DNA of 64,000 nucleotides from Selaginella moellendorffii (Eukaryota; Plantae; Lycopodiophyta): NCBI RefSeq assembly GCF_000143415.4, contig NW_003314279.1, positions 368,336 to 432,335 of the forward strand, read 5' to 3'. Shown piece by piece: positions 12,816 to 25,450 of this stretch (position 1 is its first letter; each line of letters starts with the position of its first letter). The notes under the pieces were generated by a model. It saw only the letters and a program-made list of their open reading frames with translations, ran no database searches and was not told where the DNA came from. The position numbers and the translations under genes were made by a program.

Positions 12816-15800
12816 ATGGCAAAGGCAGGGCGTAAGCGAACCAAGGCAAAGACGGAACCTCCGCCCGAGCTGGAGCCTCCGGTCGAACAAGAGGCTATGG
12901 ATGAGGAATCCTTGCATGAGGAGGACTCCAGTGAGGAAACTTCCAAACAGGAGTCCGGTGGCGAGGTGCGGTCGTCCAAGGCTCAATTGGATGTTCTAGA
13001 AGGACAATTGGCACAGACCAATGCCCTGCTGGAGACTCTCGTACACAAGCTAAAGCGTGACGAGAAGCGGAAGAAAAAGCGAAAGACTGCGGATGCTGGC
13101 AGCGCAGAAGGTGCGGACCCTTCGGTAGGGACTGAGGCAGAACCAAACAAGGTCGAACAGACCGAAGTGGAATCAGTCCCTCATGCAGTTCCCAAGTACA
13201 AACCAAAGCCCCCACCGGTCTTCAAGGGAGTGAATGACTATAAGGTGGTGGAGGATTGGTTTTACGATATGGAAGACTACTTCCGAGCGTTGCGGTTACC
13301 AAGCTCGGAGAAGGTCCCATGTGCAAAACCATACTTGGCAGATAATGCCAAGTCTTGGTGGAGAACAACGGAGGCCAATGAAGGACCGGTGGTCACCTGG
13401 GACATGATGAAGGCGAGGATCCGCGCAACATATGTTCCTCCGAATGCCACTCTGCATCTTAGAGATGAGTTGAGTAGGCTGAAGCAGACTGGAACTATCC
13501 AGGAATATGTGAATGGGTTCATGGCAAAGAGGATACTTGTCATGGACATGGGGGATATGGATGCGTTCCATGCCTTCATATCAGGTTTGCAAACCTGGGC
13601 TCGCGGTGAGGTAATGCGCTGGAACCCGACCAACTACAAGGAAGCGTTGGATGCGGCCATCAAGGTGCATTTCAACGATAACCTGCAAAAGGGGAACACG
13701 ACGGGGTCGAGATCCACGTTTAGCAAAGGGGCCAAACCAAGGGGAACGTATAGCAGGGGGAAATTCAAGAAGAATTTCTCTAAGAATAAGTCCTCGGGGT
13801 TCCGGAAAGGCAAATCCGGTGGCCAGCGAGCGAGTATGTGGGGGAGTCAAGCGAAAAGGGACAAACCCACGGACAAGAAGGTCAAGTCATATAGCAGCGT
13901 GGGAAACAACGTATGCTACAACTGTGGTGAAGCGGGACACTTTTCGAGGGAATGTCCCTACCCGAAGAAGGCCAGAGCCAATATGGCCATCAAGTCGGGT
14001 GAAGTCCAAACTGAGGTATGTGATCCAGTCCCTAACTCAAAGTTACTCATTACACGAGCAACTTTGGTAGAGAGTCGTTCGCGACATCTACTAGCCCTCC
14101 GAGGGAAGCTTGGAGGTAGCTTTGTTAAGATCCTTATTGACACGGGTGCTTCGGATAATTTTGTGGCTGCAGACATAGTCCGGCAAGCCGGACTAACGGT
14201 GCAGCGGCTAGGCGAACCAAGGACTATAGAGTTTGTTCAAGGTAGCCAAAGCACCGATGAGGTACTTCGACAAGCGAGAGTCGAAGTAGGGACTTGGAAA
14301 GTAGACATGGATTTCACCGTGTTGGACATGGCGGGATTTGACGTGATCTTCGGAATGGATTGGTTCAATCGGTTCGTGGTAGCCCTACATGGACAAGGTA
14401 GGAACCTTGTGGTACTGGCGAATGCCCAAGGAAGAAGATCTAGGGTGGAGGCCCAGGATCTAAAGGTAGGGCAAAGCAAGGCCAAAGAATCTTGCTTAAA
14501 CCTGGTGTCCACGAGAGAACAGCTCACTAAAGGAACTAAGGCAGCCTTTTTGTGCTTACTCTCGGTGAAGAGTGACAAAAAGACAGGAACGGAAGAAGTA
14601 CCTTTAGTGATCCAGTGGGTGTTAGACCAATTCCAGGATACCATGCCGGAGGAGCTACCAGCGGGGTTGCCCCCCGCACGACCGATAGAACATAAGATTG
14701 AGATAATCGAGGGCGCTGAGGCGGTGGTTCGTCCACCCTATCGATTGAATGAAAAAGAACTCGCGGAGCTCAAGCGCCAACTAGAGGAGTTGGTGGACAA
14801 GGGTTATGTTAGGTTGAGCAAATCACCATATGGGGCGCCGGTGCTATTTGTGAAAAAGAAAGATGGGTCTATGCGCATGTGCATAGACTACCGGTTGCTC
14901 AACAAGTATACCAAGAAGAACAAGTACCCTTTGCCAAGGATTGAGGACCTGTTCGATAGGTTGGGAAAGGCAAAATACTTCTCGAGAATTGACCTAAGGT
15001 CAGGATACTACCAGATCAGGGTAGCGGAGGAAGATGTCGAGAAGACAACCTGTCGAACAAGGTATGGGAGCTTCGAGTTTCTGGTGATGCCCTTCGGGCT
15101 ATGCAATGCGCCGGCAACGTTTTCGGCGTTGATGAACCATATCTTTGTACTCTATCTCGATCACTTTGTGGTCGTCTATATTGACGACATCCTGATCTAT
15201 AGCGAAACGCTAGAGGAGTATGCCAAACACTTGACGAAGGTGTTTGAGAAACTAAGGGAACACCAGCTGTATGCTAAAGAGAGCAAATGTGACTTTGCTC
15301 AACAGGAGGTAAAGTTTCTCGGGCATGTGGTGGGCAAGGACGGGCTCAAGGTGGACCCTGAGAAGGTCCAAGCGATCCAGGATTGGGAGCGACCATCGAA
15401 TGTACACGAGTTAAGGGCATTCTTGGGGCTATGCAACTACTATCGAAAGTTTATCAGACACTATTCGAGAGTAGCCCTGCCCTTAACGGACCAAATGGGA
15501 AAAGGGAAGATGGTATGGACAGCGGAATGCGAGGCGGCATTCGTCCACCTCAAAGGGAAGTTGAGGAAGGCTCCCGTGTTGGCATTACCAGACTTTGGTA
15601 AGGACTTTGAGGTAGAAACAGATGCTTCAGACTTTGCGTTGGGCGCAGTTTTGAAGCAAGACAACCATCCAGTAGCATTCTTCTCGAAGAAGTTGGACAA
15701 GGCTCAACGGAAGTGGCCTACCCATGAGAAGGAATTGTTTGCGGTGGTCAAGGCGCTCAAGGAGTGGCGACACTACGTTGGGAGACACTTCAAAGTTTAC

Positions 15801-17585
15801 ACGGACAATATGGCAACGAAACACTTCTTGTCACAGCCCGACCTAAGGGGAAAACAAGGTCGGTGGGCCAATGCTTTGGCCGAGTTTGATTGCGAGATTC
15901 TTTACAAGCCTGGGAAGAGCAACATCGTGGCGGATGCGCTAAGTCGAAAAGTGAGCTTGAAGTTGGCGATATCTAGCGCGACAGCAACCTTTTGGGATGA
16001 TGTGCGGACTGCATACGAGAACGATGGTCTAGCACAAGAAGTGTTGCTGAGGAATCTAGAGGCGCGGGAAGCTCACCAGAGAGGTGAGTTGCCAACGGAA
16101 GAGGAAACGGTCTATGTGGAACGCAACAGACTCATATATTATAAGCAAACGAGGGTGTATGTTCCAGAAGGGGAACTAAGGAAGGTAGCCTTGGAAGAAT
16201 GTCATGACGGACCTCTCGCGGGACACGGCAGAGTGCCCAAGACGATGGGCTTACTCAAAAGGAAGTATCACTGGCCAGATATGGCTAAGGACGTCCAAGA
16301 CTATGTAAAGACATGTCCAACATGTCAGCAAGTCAAAGCCGTGACTAAGGCTAGTGGGGGCTTGTTGCAAAGCATCCCCATTCCAGATCGTCCATGGAAA
16401 TGTCTCACGATGGACTTCATCACAGGACTACCCCCAAGCGAGGGGTTCGATGCAATATTCGTGGTGGTGGACCGATTTTCGAAGATGGCACATTTCATAC
16501 CCACCACAACGGAAGTGGATGCGGAAGGTGTGGCGAAGCTCTTCGAACAAGTGGTTCGAGTGCGGGGAAGGCCAGAAGAGATTATCTTAGATCGAGATAA
16601 GATCTTCACCAGTAGGTTCTGGAGGACACTCCTAGAACAGTATCGCACCAAGTTGAAATTCAGCACAGCCTATCACCCACAGATAGGTAATGGGTATTAA
16701 GTCAAGATTGATGGCACTAACACTTCTTGACAGACGGACAAACGGAAAGGGTGAATAGGCAACTGGAGGATTATTTGCGATGCTATGTCTCAGGAGACCA
16801 GACCGACTAGGTAAGTCATTTGGGACTTGCGGAAATGTGTTATAACAACTCACCACATTCGAGCATCGGGGTGAGTCCATGGGAAGTCATCAATGGGCGA
16901 GCTATTGAAGGTCCTATGGAACTCGGCGTGGCCGAGTATCATGGAGAGTTACCCGCAGTGGAGGCATTCACGGCGGAAAGACTCAACATTTGGAATCTAG
17001 TGAGAGATTCCTTGGAACGGGCTCAACAAAGGCAAACTAAGTACGCAAACCAAAAGCATCGGGATGTGGAGTTCCAAGCTGGGGAGAAGGTGTGGCAGAA
17101 CACCAAGAACCTCAGGCTACCAAGTGGGATCAGCCGGAAGTTGACCCAAAGGTAAAAATGCATGTATTCCTGTAAATGAATTGATCTTGAGTTCCTTAAG
17201 CAGGTTCGCAGGGCCTTACTAGATTGAGGCTCGAATCGGTAAAGTGGTTTACCGTCTCCGACTTCCTCGAGAGATGGGGAAGATGCATCCCGTGTTCCAT
17301 GTGAACTTACTCAATCCGTATTTTGAGGATCCGCTTCGCAAGGACCAAGTAAGACCTTTACCTGAGGTTATCCAAGGGGAGGAGGAATACGAAGTCGAGG
17401 CCATCCTCAATGCGCGCAAGAGCAAGTGACAAGGACGCGAGGTGAGAGAGTTCCATATGAAGTGGAAAGGATTTCCACACTGCGAAGCAACATGGGAACC
17501 GGAGGAGAACTTAGCGACCGCGCGAGATCTTGTGGAGGAATTTTTGCATGGCAGAACTCTATGTACTTATGCAAAGTTCAATTAA
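12816..17585 (+). CDS. Gag-Pol of A1 (Gag, CCHC knuckle, protease, RT, RNase H, integrase, chromodomain); exons 12816-16686, 16734-17151, 17204-17585; three nonsense changes in exons 2-3
   Basis: [43 protein letters not shown]...CPTCQ, MDFITG/DRD. After splicing: [22 protein letters not shown] and chromodomain YEVEAIL...[18 protein letters not shown]. Stops at 16808, 17220 and 17427. Confidence 0.9.
16687..16733 (+). other. Intron 1 (47 nt, GT-AG, phase 1) in the A1 integrase core
   Basis: GTAATG...CACTAAC...TTCTTGACAG. Removal restores [16 protein letters not shown]. Confidence 0.85.
17152..17203 (+). other. Intron 2 (52 nt, GT-AG, phase 2) in the A1 integrase GPY/F region
   Basis: AAG|GTAAAA...TTAAGCAG|G. 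Removal restores KLTQR-FAGPY. Confidence 0.85.
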
Positions 17586-17973
17586 AAATATCAATTTGAG
17601 AAGTTGAGCAATGGCATATGTTGGGACCCGAAGGCGTGCCGAAGGTATGCTAATTAGCATGGGTTAGCTAGGTCGACCAGGTGTAGGGAACTACGCCCGA
17701 CTCCCTGCGGGGATGTCGAATCCGTAGATGTATTCTACGGAGGTTGGGTTCAAGTCCCAACCCCCTAGTAAAGCAAGGCTGGGTTCAAGTCCCGACCCCA
17801 TACTAGGGCGTGGTGAGGTGAGGAGTATAGGGACACCTATACTCCGTTGTCATGGGCTCTTGGCCGGGGAGGCTAACTTAGGCACACCGCTAAGTGGGGG
17901 GATGCCCCCGGAGACATGGTCAACAAGTCGTAGGATAAAACGAGACGTTCGATGTGGGCATCAAACTTCTTCT

Positions 17974-17987
17974 ATGGGTGGTGGAGT
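17974..17987 (+). promoter_or_regulatory. Atypical polypurine tract of family A (ATGGGTGGTGGAGT)
   Basis: Directly upstream of the 3' LTR in A1, A2 and A3 and in family B. Confidence 0.75.
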
Positions 17988-20900
17988 TGTAAGGAACCAA
18001 CTCGCCGAGGTGTCGTAGGCTAAAGGAACCCCGAAAGCATGACCAAAATGACAAAGAGTTCATCGGATGGGACCAAGTCGAAGGTCGAGTCTAAGACCGA
18101 CTCTAGGACCGAGTTCGAGATAGAGTCCGGAATCGAGTCTGAGACCGACTCGGGGACCGAGTTCGAGTCCGAGTTCGAAACCGAGTTCGAGACGGAGTCC
18201 GAGATCCGAAATCGGGTCCGAGACCGAGTCCGAGGTCGAGTCCGAGGTCGGGTCCGAGATTGGGTCCGAGATCGAGTCCGAGATCGAGTCCGAGACTGAA
18301 TCCGAAGTCGGATCCGAAATCGGGTCCGAGATCGAGCCAGAGACTAAGTCCAAATACTAATACGGGTCAAGGGGTGAAAGCCCAAAGCGTGCGTCCCCCA
18401 GGGGGGGGGGGGCTGCAGGGGGTTCCAAAAGTATAGTAGGGATAGTGAGGTCCAGGAACCAGTTTTGAAAGGACTCTCCAGTGGAGCTCCCAAACCGACT
18501 TGAGGTTGAGACTGGGACCAAGGGGCCTTGGGTGGGAGTGAGCATGGACTTGGCTGGTGCCGGAGGGGCCATCCAAGGAAGTGCTCAAGAGCAGCTCCCA
18601 CTCCTGAAAGGGAAACCGATTGCGGTGCTCCCGGCTCATGTGGAGTGGTGCCCCACTTGAGTACCATGCGGCTCATTGGTCCTCGCCCTTCCTAGGGGCT
18701 TGGGCCTTCCTTCGGGATGGAAGTGGGGGGGGGTAGAGGTACCCATACCGGGCCGCTAGGCCACGGTGTTTCGCCCCGGCATCCCGAAGCAAGTGTTGCA
18801 TTCAAGACTTGGGATTTAGAGGGTCCCATGATCAAGTCTTGTGGTACCAAGGGATGTTAGGAACCTGGAAGCTTGGTGTGCTTGGCTGCTTGTGCTTGCG
18901 GGGAGTGTAGCCGAACCTTAAGTCCAGGGGAGGGGGATTGGGGAGTGAATTGGGAATCCGTGGAAGGATGGCTAACACTCCGTTGCTCGTGCAGTGAGTA
19001 GTTGAAACCAAGTAGGAGCTGGTACCATAGGCGAGAACCTTGGCAAAGGAACTTAGCAAAAGCCAAGGCAGTGTTGGACGGATAGATGAGGTAAGTTGGC
19101 AAATTGGAAAGGAAAAATTTGTGGCTTACACTTCTTTGACTAACACGGATGTGCTACTAGCTCGGACACCTTCCGGTTGTCGCCGATAAGGAAATGACTA
19201 ATAGAGTTAGCCACCCTTGCTTACTCTGGTTGTCACCCAGCTTACAAAAGTGTGATACGCCCTTGCCTGTAGAGACATAGAGAGAGAAGCCAGAAGCCCC
19301 AACCCTTATGAGCAAAGAAACCAAACCCATCAGTAAGGTTTAGATAGACTACTGTAAACAGGCAGTTAAAGTTGTTTACATGGTCACACCCTTTGAACGG
19401 AATAAGGAACATTGACAGAGAGGCAGGTTATGTGACTAGTCAACAGTAGCTACCCCATGATTAGAGATTTCACTATACACACAAAAGACTTAATTATTAG
19501 TGAATAAATCTTAGATTAGAACACAAAAGTATTTCAAGTAAGTTATCATCTGATAAACTAGTATTGTAGGATAGGAACCACCAAGATCATCATGTTTAGA
19601 AACATAAGATTCACTATCCAACAAAATTCAATAGCAAGGATATCATCAAACAAACTCAATGATAAAACTTAACTATTAAAGATTGTAGATAGTATGCCAG
19701 ACAACTTACCAAAGATATCTCAAAGAACACAAAGTATCATTGACTGACAAGCACAATGCTCGCAAATGTATCGCCAAAGGAAATAACATCCCAACCTATT
19801 AGAACTAACTCAAGCAATAATCAACAGAACAAAATGAATGTGGTAAGACCAGCAAACACCCACTCATGCTAACTATCACAAAAGCCAATTTGAATAGATC
19901 CTAGTCAATAATACTAAAAAACTAAAGTTGCTTAAGCAAGTGTCAGCAACATCCTATTGGTGTCTCAAACCCAAGAGACCAATCCAGAATAAACTACAAA
20001 GAACATGTGGTATTGCGAAAAGCCATAAGCTATCAAAGATAACAACTAACCACCATGAAAGATCATCAATCATCCTATCGATAGAGAGATGCATAATCAT
20101 CATCAACGAAAGAATCCACCATCCTGAAGAATGGCAAATCATTCTAGATGTTGATAATCAAGCAAAACTTTTACCAAGGATAATCAATTATCCTAAATAA
20201 AAGTCAATCATCACCTATGATTGCCAGATGCAAAAGCCAACTTCAACATCAAAGCTAATAAGCCAAAATGCTTTTCCCAACAACTTCTAACAAATGGAAC
20301 AATGAGCATAAAAACTCAAAAAACCAAAAGCTCGAAGAAGCTTATAGCCAAATCTTGCTTAACAATGATCACGAGTCTCACATGAACTAACTTCAATGCT
20401 AAGGAAGAAATCATGGTGCAACCCACCATATCCCCCTCAACACATCTATAGCCAAACTTCATAATGCCAAAGTTAATAAAGAATATATCTGTATCAATCC
20501 AAAAGCTAAGCACAATGAAGCTATGCTCAACAAGTGATCACTAAATGATCCTCCATGAATCCATCTTTAGCAAGACGTAACTCACTTCATAACAAGAACA
20601 AAAAGAATCATCAATGATCAATATATCCCAACTCAAATCCAATAAGGATTCAAACATTTCAATATTGATCACTAACTCTTCGTTTCGTAAAGCTAGTTTA
20701 GTCCATGACTGAATCACTTTTCAAGGAAAAGCCAAAGCTCAACCTCTACTAAATAATGTTATCTAGAATATAACCAACTCAAATTTGCCACTTAGCACGT
20801 TTGAATGCCAATAAAGTTGTTAATTAGTAAATGCATGAATGCCAATAACAAAAAGCTACAGCTCAAGCATCAACACTAATTGCATCGAGACTAATGAGAC

Positions 20901-22917
20901 TCAATATCAATCCTACGGAGAGACATCTCATCTCATTTGAATCTCAACATCAATAATGTCAACAACAAGGCATGACTTCAATACCATTAACACTAGAACA
21001 AAGCTAAAAGAAATCAAGAGTGAATCACCACTCAAAACTCCCTAACAATTAAGCTAACCAAAGTTGAAGATACTTTAGTTAGTATCCGAGACAAAGCCTT
21101 CAACAAAACTCAGTTACAAACAACACTTCCTTAAGGAGTGAATCACCACATCTAAGACTCAATGAAATCCAACACTATGAACTAAACGCAACCAAATGAT
21201 ATCGATAGAGGCAGAGTTGACATGCCAACATGGAAAACCTATGTAAGTCTAACGACACAATCCTTCGCAACACTATCCAGTAAAGCAAGCCCATCACTGC
21301 TAAATCTTCATCGAGCGAAGCAAGTGTTAACATTTCTTGACAAAGGCTACAAGCAATCACTAGTTGCCAAACAATTAACAATCACTCTTCAACTTGCCTT
21401 CACAAGACCCAAACACTAAACTCATGCCATCAAGTCATATACTCATCCAACATGAATGTAATACCCCAAGTATGAGATAAAGGTTCATGTGCAAGCACGA
21501 AACTAAATGACCACTCAAATCCAACTCAACTGCAATAAGTTCACTAATGCATTTAGCCACTAGTTCTGAGCATGCTTTGAAGAGGCTAGCTATGCATGAT
21601 CAACACTCAGCCAAAACTAAAGTGAAGACCATGAGATGAGTCCTCATAGACAAAGCTATAGTACGAGTACCAACATCTCGACTGCAAACAACTAAATTAG
21701 ACATCACTATCCTTAGCCAAGGTGTAGGGCCACCAAGACCAAGTTAAGATCAGTGAGACTCTCATAAAGTCTTAACGAAATACAAGGTGCCACCTGCCAC
21801 CAAGCACAATGCTACAGAAGAAAGGCACAAGAGTCACATTTCTTAGAAAAGCGCAACAACCACTTTTTTACACCAACTCCAGACTCTATCTAACTCAATT
21901 GTTTTAACTTCAAAAGTCAGCATCCCTTTCAAGTCGCATCATACAAATTATATACTAAGGTCTAAGTTAACTGAAGTCAATTCCAACCCTTTTACTAGTT
22001 TGTATTGGCTTATGAAAACAGAATGGTTTTCGAACAAAGTGACCGATAAATCAACCATTGGAAAAGCCTAAAAAACTTTGTGAATTTTTTTTTTCCATTC
22101 TAGAGAAAGAATGATTCTCAATCCAGGAATGCAAACTTTCAAGACTCAACCAACTTCCTCCTACTAACAACTTCACAAAGGTTCATCTCAACACAAATTC
22201 TCATAACCCATAGTATACTTAAACCTCAAAAATCATGCCCATTTTTCAACATCCGCAAAATGCAAAATGAACACCCAAGGTTTAATCACAAAAACCACTT
22301 CTTTGGATATCCACATTGCACTAACACTCTTTTCCAACCACCTTCAAGATTCAATGTGAAGCCAAAACACTAACAAAAAAAATGACATGGAAAATCAATA
22401 TCTAAAGATAATTCCTCATCACTCGAAATAACAATGCCACTTCCACTAACATAAGTGCTAGCGATGTCAATGCTACAGCTACACACCTTCTTCATCCAAT
22501 AATTTACTCCAAATGCTAACGGATCAATTGACAAGCCATAACAAGTGAATTCTATAACCTTTTTCCAACACCTTAATGGGCACACTCCCCAAAAAACAAG
22601 GTACCAACTTAAGCTTAGCATAACGGACCACCATCGAGAATCCAGTCAAAGTTACTATAATGCTATTTCGTACAAGTAGATTAGCTTCACCATCAACCAC
22701 TTTGGGGTTGATCATCTTTAACCAAGTAACTTAGTAAACACATTATTTATTATCACATGGATATGATAGAAATATCACAATGACTTGATCATCAATTAAG
22801 CAACACTACAAGCAATGCCCATGTCATTACTACAAAGGTTTACATGAGTATCAAGTGTCAACTTGATTCGACAAAATGCAACATAAATGCCACATCCCAT
22901 CGATAGAGACTTATAAC

Positions 22918-25450
22918 TGTAGTGAATGTGACTTTAGGTATCGAAAGTTATCTGTCGGCCAATCCTTACGAACACTCTTTCCTTACTGCCACGATGGCAA
23001 GAAGTCGGTATTGTTGGTTCCCTTTATTAGCCCCTCTTGTTCAAGTGTTAGTTTACTGGGCTTAGCACCTGTACTTAGCCAGATGGACATAAGGTAGGAA
23101 CTCCTATGTGTTTCTAGCTGAGCATACTCGGCCTGGCTCTTAGTTCTCTTTTGCTCTGTCTTGCACTGGCTTGACAAGAACCCTCGCATATTGAGATTAG
23201 TCCCTCAATATTGCTAGATGATAGCTTAACATGTCTGCCAAACACCCTTGCAATTATGCCCTTTGTGTTAGTCTCATTTCGTTAGACATGCCTCCTAACT
23301 TATTTAAGTTGGTGCATTTCTCACATAATATTATCACCGTGAACTTTTTCTGGAGTTGTTTCTTTGGTGGTGGTCTAGACTCGAGTATGCATTAACAAGG
23401 ATGTCGATCTTCCCTAGGGGGGGAAGAGTGTCGCGAATGTGACTTTAGGTATCGAAAGTTATATGTTGGCCAGTCCTTACGAACACTCTTTTTTTATTGC
23501 CACGACAGCAGGAGGTTGGTATTGCCAGTTCCCTTTATCAGCCCCTCTTGTTCAAGTGTTAGTTTACTGGACTTAGCACTTGTACTTAGCCAGATGGATA
23601 TAAGGTAGGAACTCCTATGTGTTTCTAGTTGAGCATACTCGGCCTGGCTCTTAGTTCTCTTTTGCTCTATCTTGCACTAGCTTGACAAGAACCCTCATGT
23701 ATTGAGATTAGTCCCTCAATATCATTGGATGATAGCTTACCATGTCTGCCAAACACCCTCGCAATCATGCCCTTTGTGTTAGTCTCATTCTATTAGACAA
23801 AGAGGTTGCCTCCTAACTCATTTAAGTTGGTGCATTTCTTACATAGTGTGATCACCATGAACTTTTTCTGGAGTTGTTTCCTTGATGGTGGTCTAGACTC
23901 GAGTATGCATTGACGAGGACATCAATCTTCCCTAGGGGGGAGAGTGTTGCAAATGTGACTTCAGGTATCGAAAGTTACCTGTCGGCCAGTCCTTATAGAC
24001 ACTCTTTCCTTACTGCCACGACGGCAGAAGGTCGGTATTGCTGGTTCTCTTTATCAGCCCCTCTTGTTCAAGTGTTAGTTTACTGGGCTTAGCACCTGTA
24101 CTTAGCCAGATGGACATAAGATAGGAACTCCTATGTGTTTCTAGCTGAGCATACTCAGCCTGGCTCTTAGTTCTCTTTTGCTCTATCTTGCACTGGCTTG
24201 ACAAGAACCCTCGCGTATTGAGATTAGTCCCTCAATATTGCTGGATGATAGCTTAACATGTCTGCCAAACACTCTCGCAATCATGCCATTTGTGTTAGTC
24301 TCATTCCATTAGACAAAAAGGTTGCCTCCTAACTCATTTAAGTTGGTGCATTTCTCACATAGTGTGATCATTGTGAACTTTTTCTGGAGTTGTTTCCTTG
24401 GCGGTGGTCTAGACTCGAGTATGCATTGACGAGGACATCGATCTTCCCTAGGGGGGGAGAGTGTTGCGAATGTGACTTCAGGTATCAAAAGTTACCTGTC
24501 GGTCAGTCCTTACGGACACTCTTTCCTTACTACCACGACGGCAGGAAGTCGGTATTGCTAGTTCCCTTTATCAGCCCCTCTTGTTCAAGTGTTAGTTTAC
24601 TAATCTTAGCACCTGTACTTAGCCAGATGGACATAAAGTAGGAACTCCTATGTGTTTCTAGCTGAGCATACTTGGCCTGGCTCTTAGTTCTCTTTTGCTT
24701 TGTCTTGCACTAGCTTGACAAGAACCCTCGCGTATTGAGATTAATCCCTCAATATCGCTGGATGATAGCTTACCATGTCTGCCAAACACCCTCACAATCA
24801 TGCCATTTGTGTTAGTCTCATTCTGGTCCTTAATGCTAATTATGGAAAATGTCTAGATTTGCTCATTTGGCATATCTACGGAATGTAGAGATTGGCTTGA
24901 ACACAATAGTGTTCGTCCCGTGTCCAAATTCACATTCTAGCGCCATTCCATATTTAGTACGTTTTGAGCTTGTCCTAGAGACTAACTCCTGGTACTAAGG
25001 GAAGCTTGGGGTGAAAGCCCAAAGCATGTGTTCCTCAAAAGGGGGAGCTATGGGGGGTTCCAAATGTATAGTAGAGATAGTGGGTAGGTCGGGCATTGCC
25101 GACCAACCTGAGGCATAGTTTAGCTCCTGCTTGTGTGCCTGTCCTTGTTCTGCGTCCGGCTTGGGTCTAAGGCCCAAGTTCCATTCCATGCTAACTGGTG
25201 GAGTACCCATATCCTCACATTAGGCCACCGGTATGCCAAAATAGCACCAGACTCCGTTTGGTTCTGTTTTACATACTGGTCCTGGCACTGGGATGATGGT
25301 TGCTCTAGGACTATTCCAAGTTGCTCTGTGCTCCTGTCCCTTCGCTCCTTGGGCTATATGCTTGGGAGTTGCTCCATGGTTCGATTCTATCACTCCTTGG
25401 CTCCATGCTTAATCACCATAGGATAAAGGGTAAAAACCACGTGTGCTACA
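22918..25450 (+). mobile_element. Family-C-related LTR insertion with tandem ~515-bp units (LTR 5' part + pre-PPT segment + PPT), antiparallel inside C1
   Basis: Unit starts at 22918, 23429, 23945 and 24462; ends GTGCTACA at 25450. TSD ATAAC/ACAAC; the empty site is visible at ~33975-33995. Confidence 0.85.

Larger units (their letters stand above)
11610..19130 (+). mobile_element. Full-length Ty3/gypsy chromovirus, family A copy A1; LTRs 11610-12756 and 17988-19130
   Basis: Near-identical TGTAAGG...CTTACA LTRs. TSD CTTCT at 11605-11609 and 19131-19135. PBS, PPT and gag-pol with chromodomain present. Confidence 0.97.

Noticed and set aside
16687-16733. Programmed frameshift or random insertion as the explanation of the integrase break
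   Set aside because: 46-47 extra nt with an in-frame stop lie inside a conserved motif and are bounded by GT/CAG. A second such segment exists, and both recur in an independent copy.
17545-17630. Possible third intron after the chromodomain (CAAG|GT in A3, GC in A1/A2)
   Set aside because: Donor and acceptor are not consistent among copies, and the ORF can end normally at ...YAKFN*.
17721-17810. A true tRNA gene in the 3' UTR
   Set aside because: Only T-arm-like hairpins; no D-arm/A-box or acceptor stem. Reported as a structured cis element instead.
19136-22917. Coding capacity in the C1 internal region
   Set aside because: Only short ORFs; a faint RNase H-like hint near 22510 is too weak to call.
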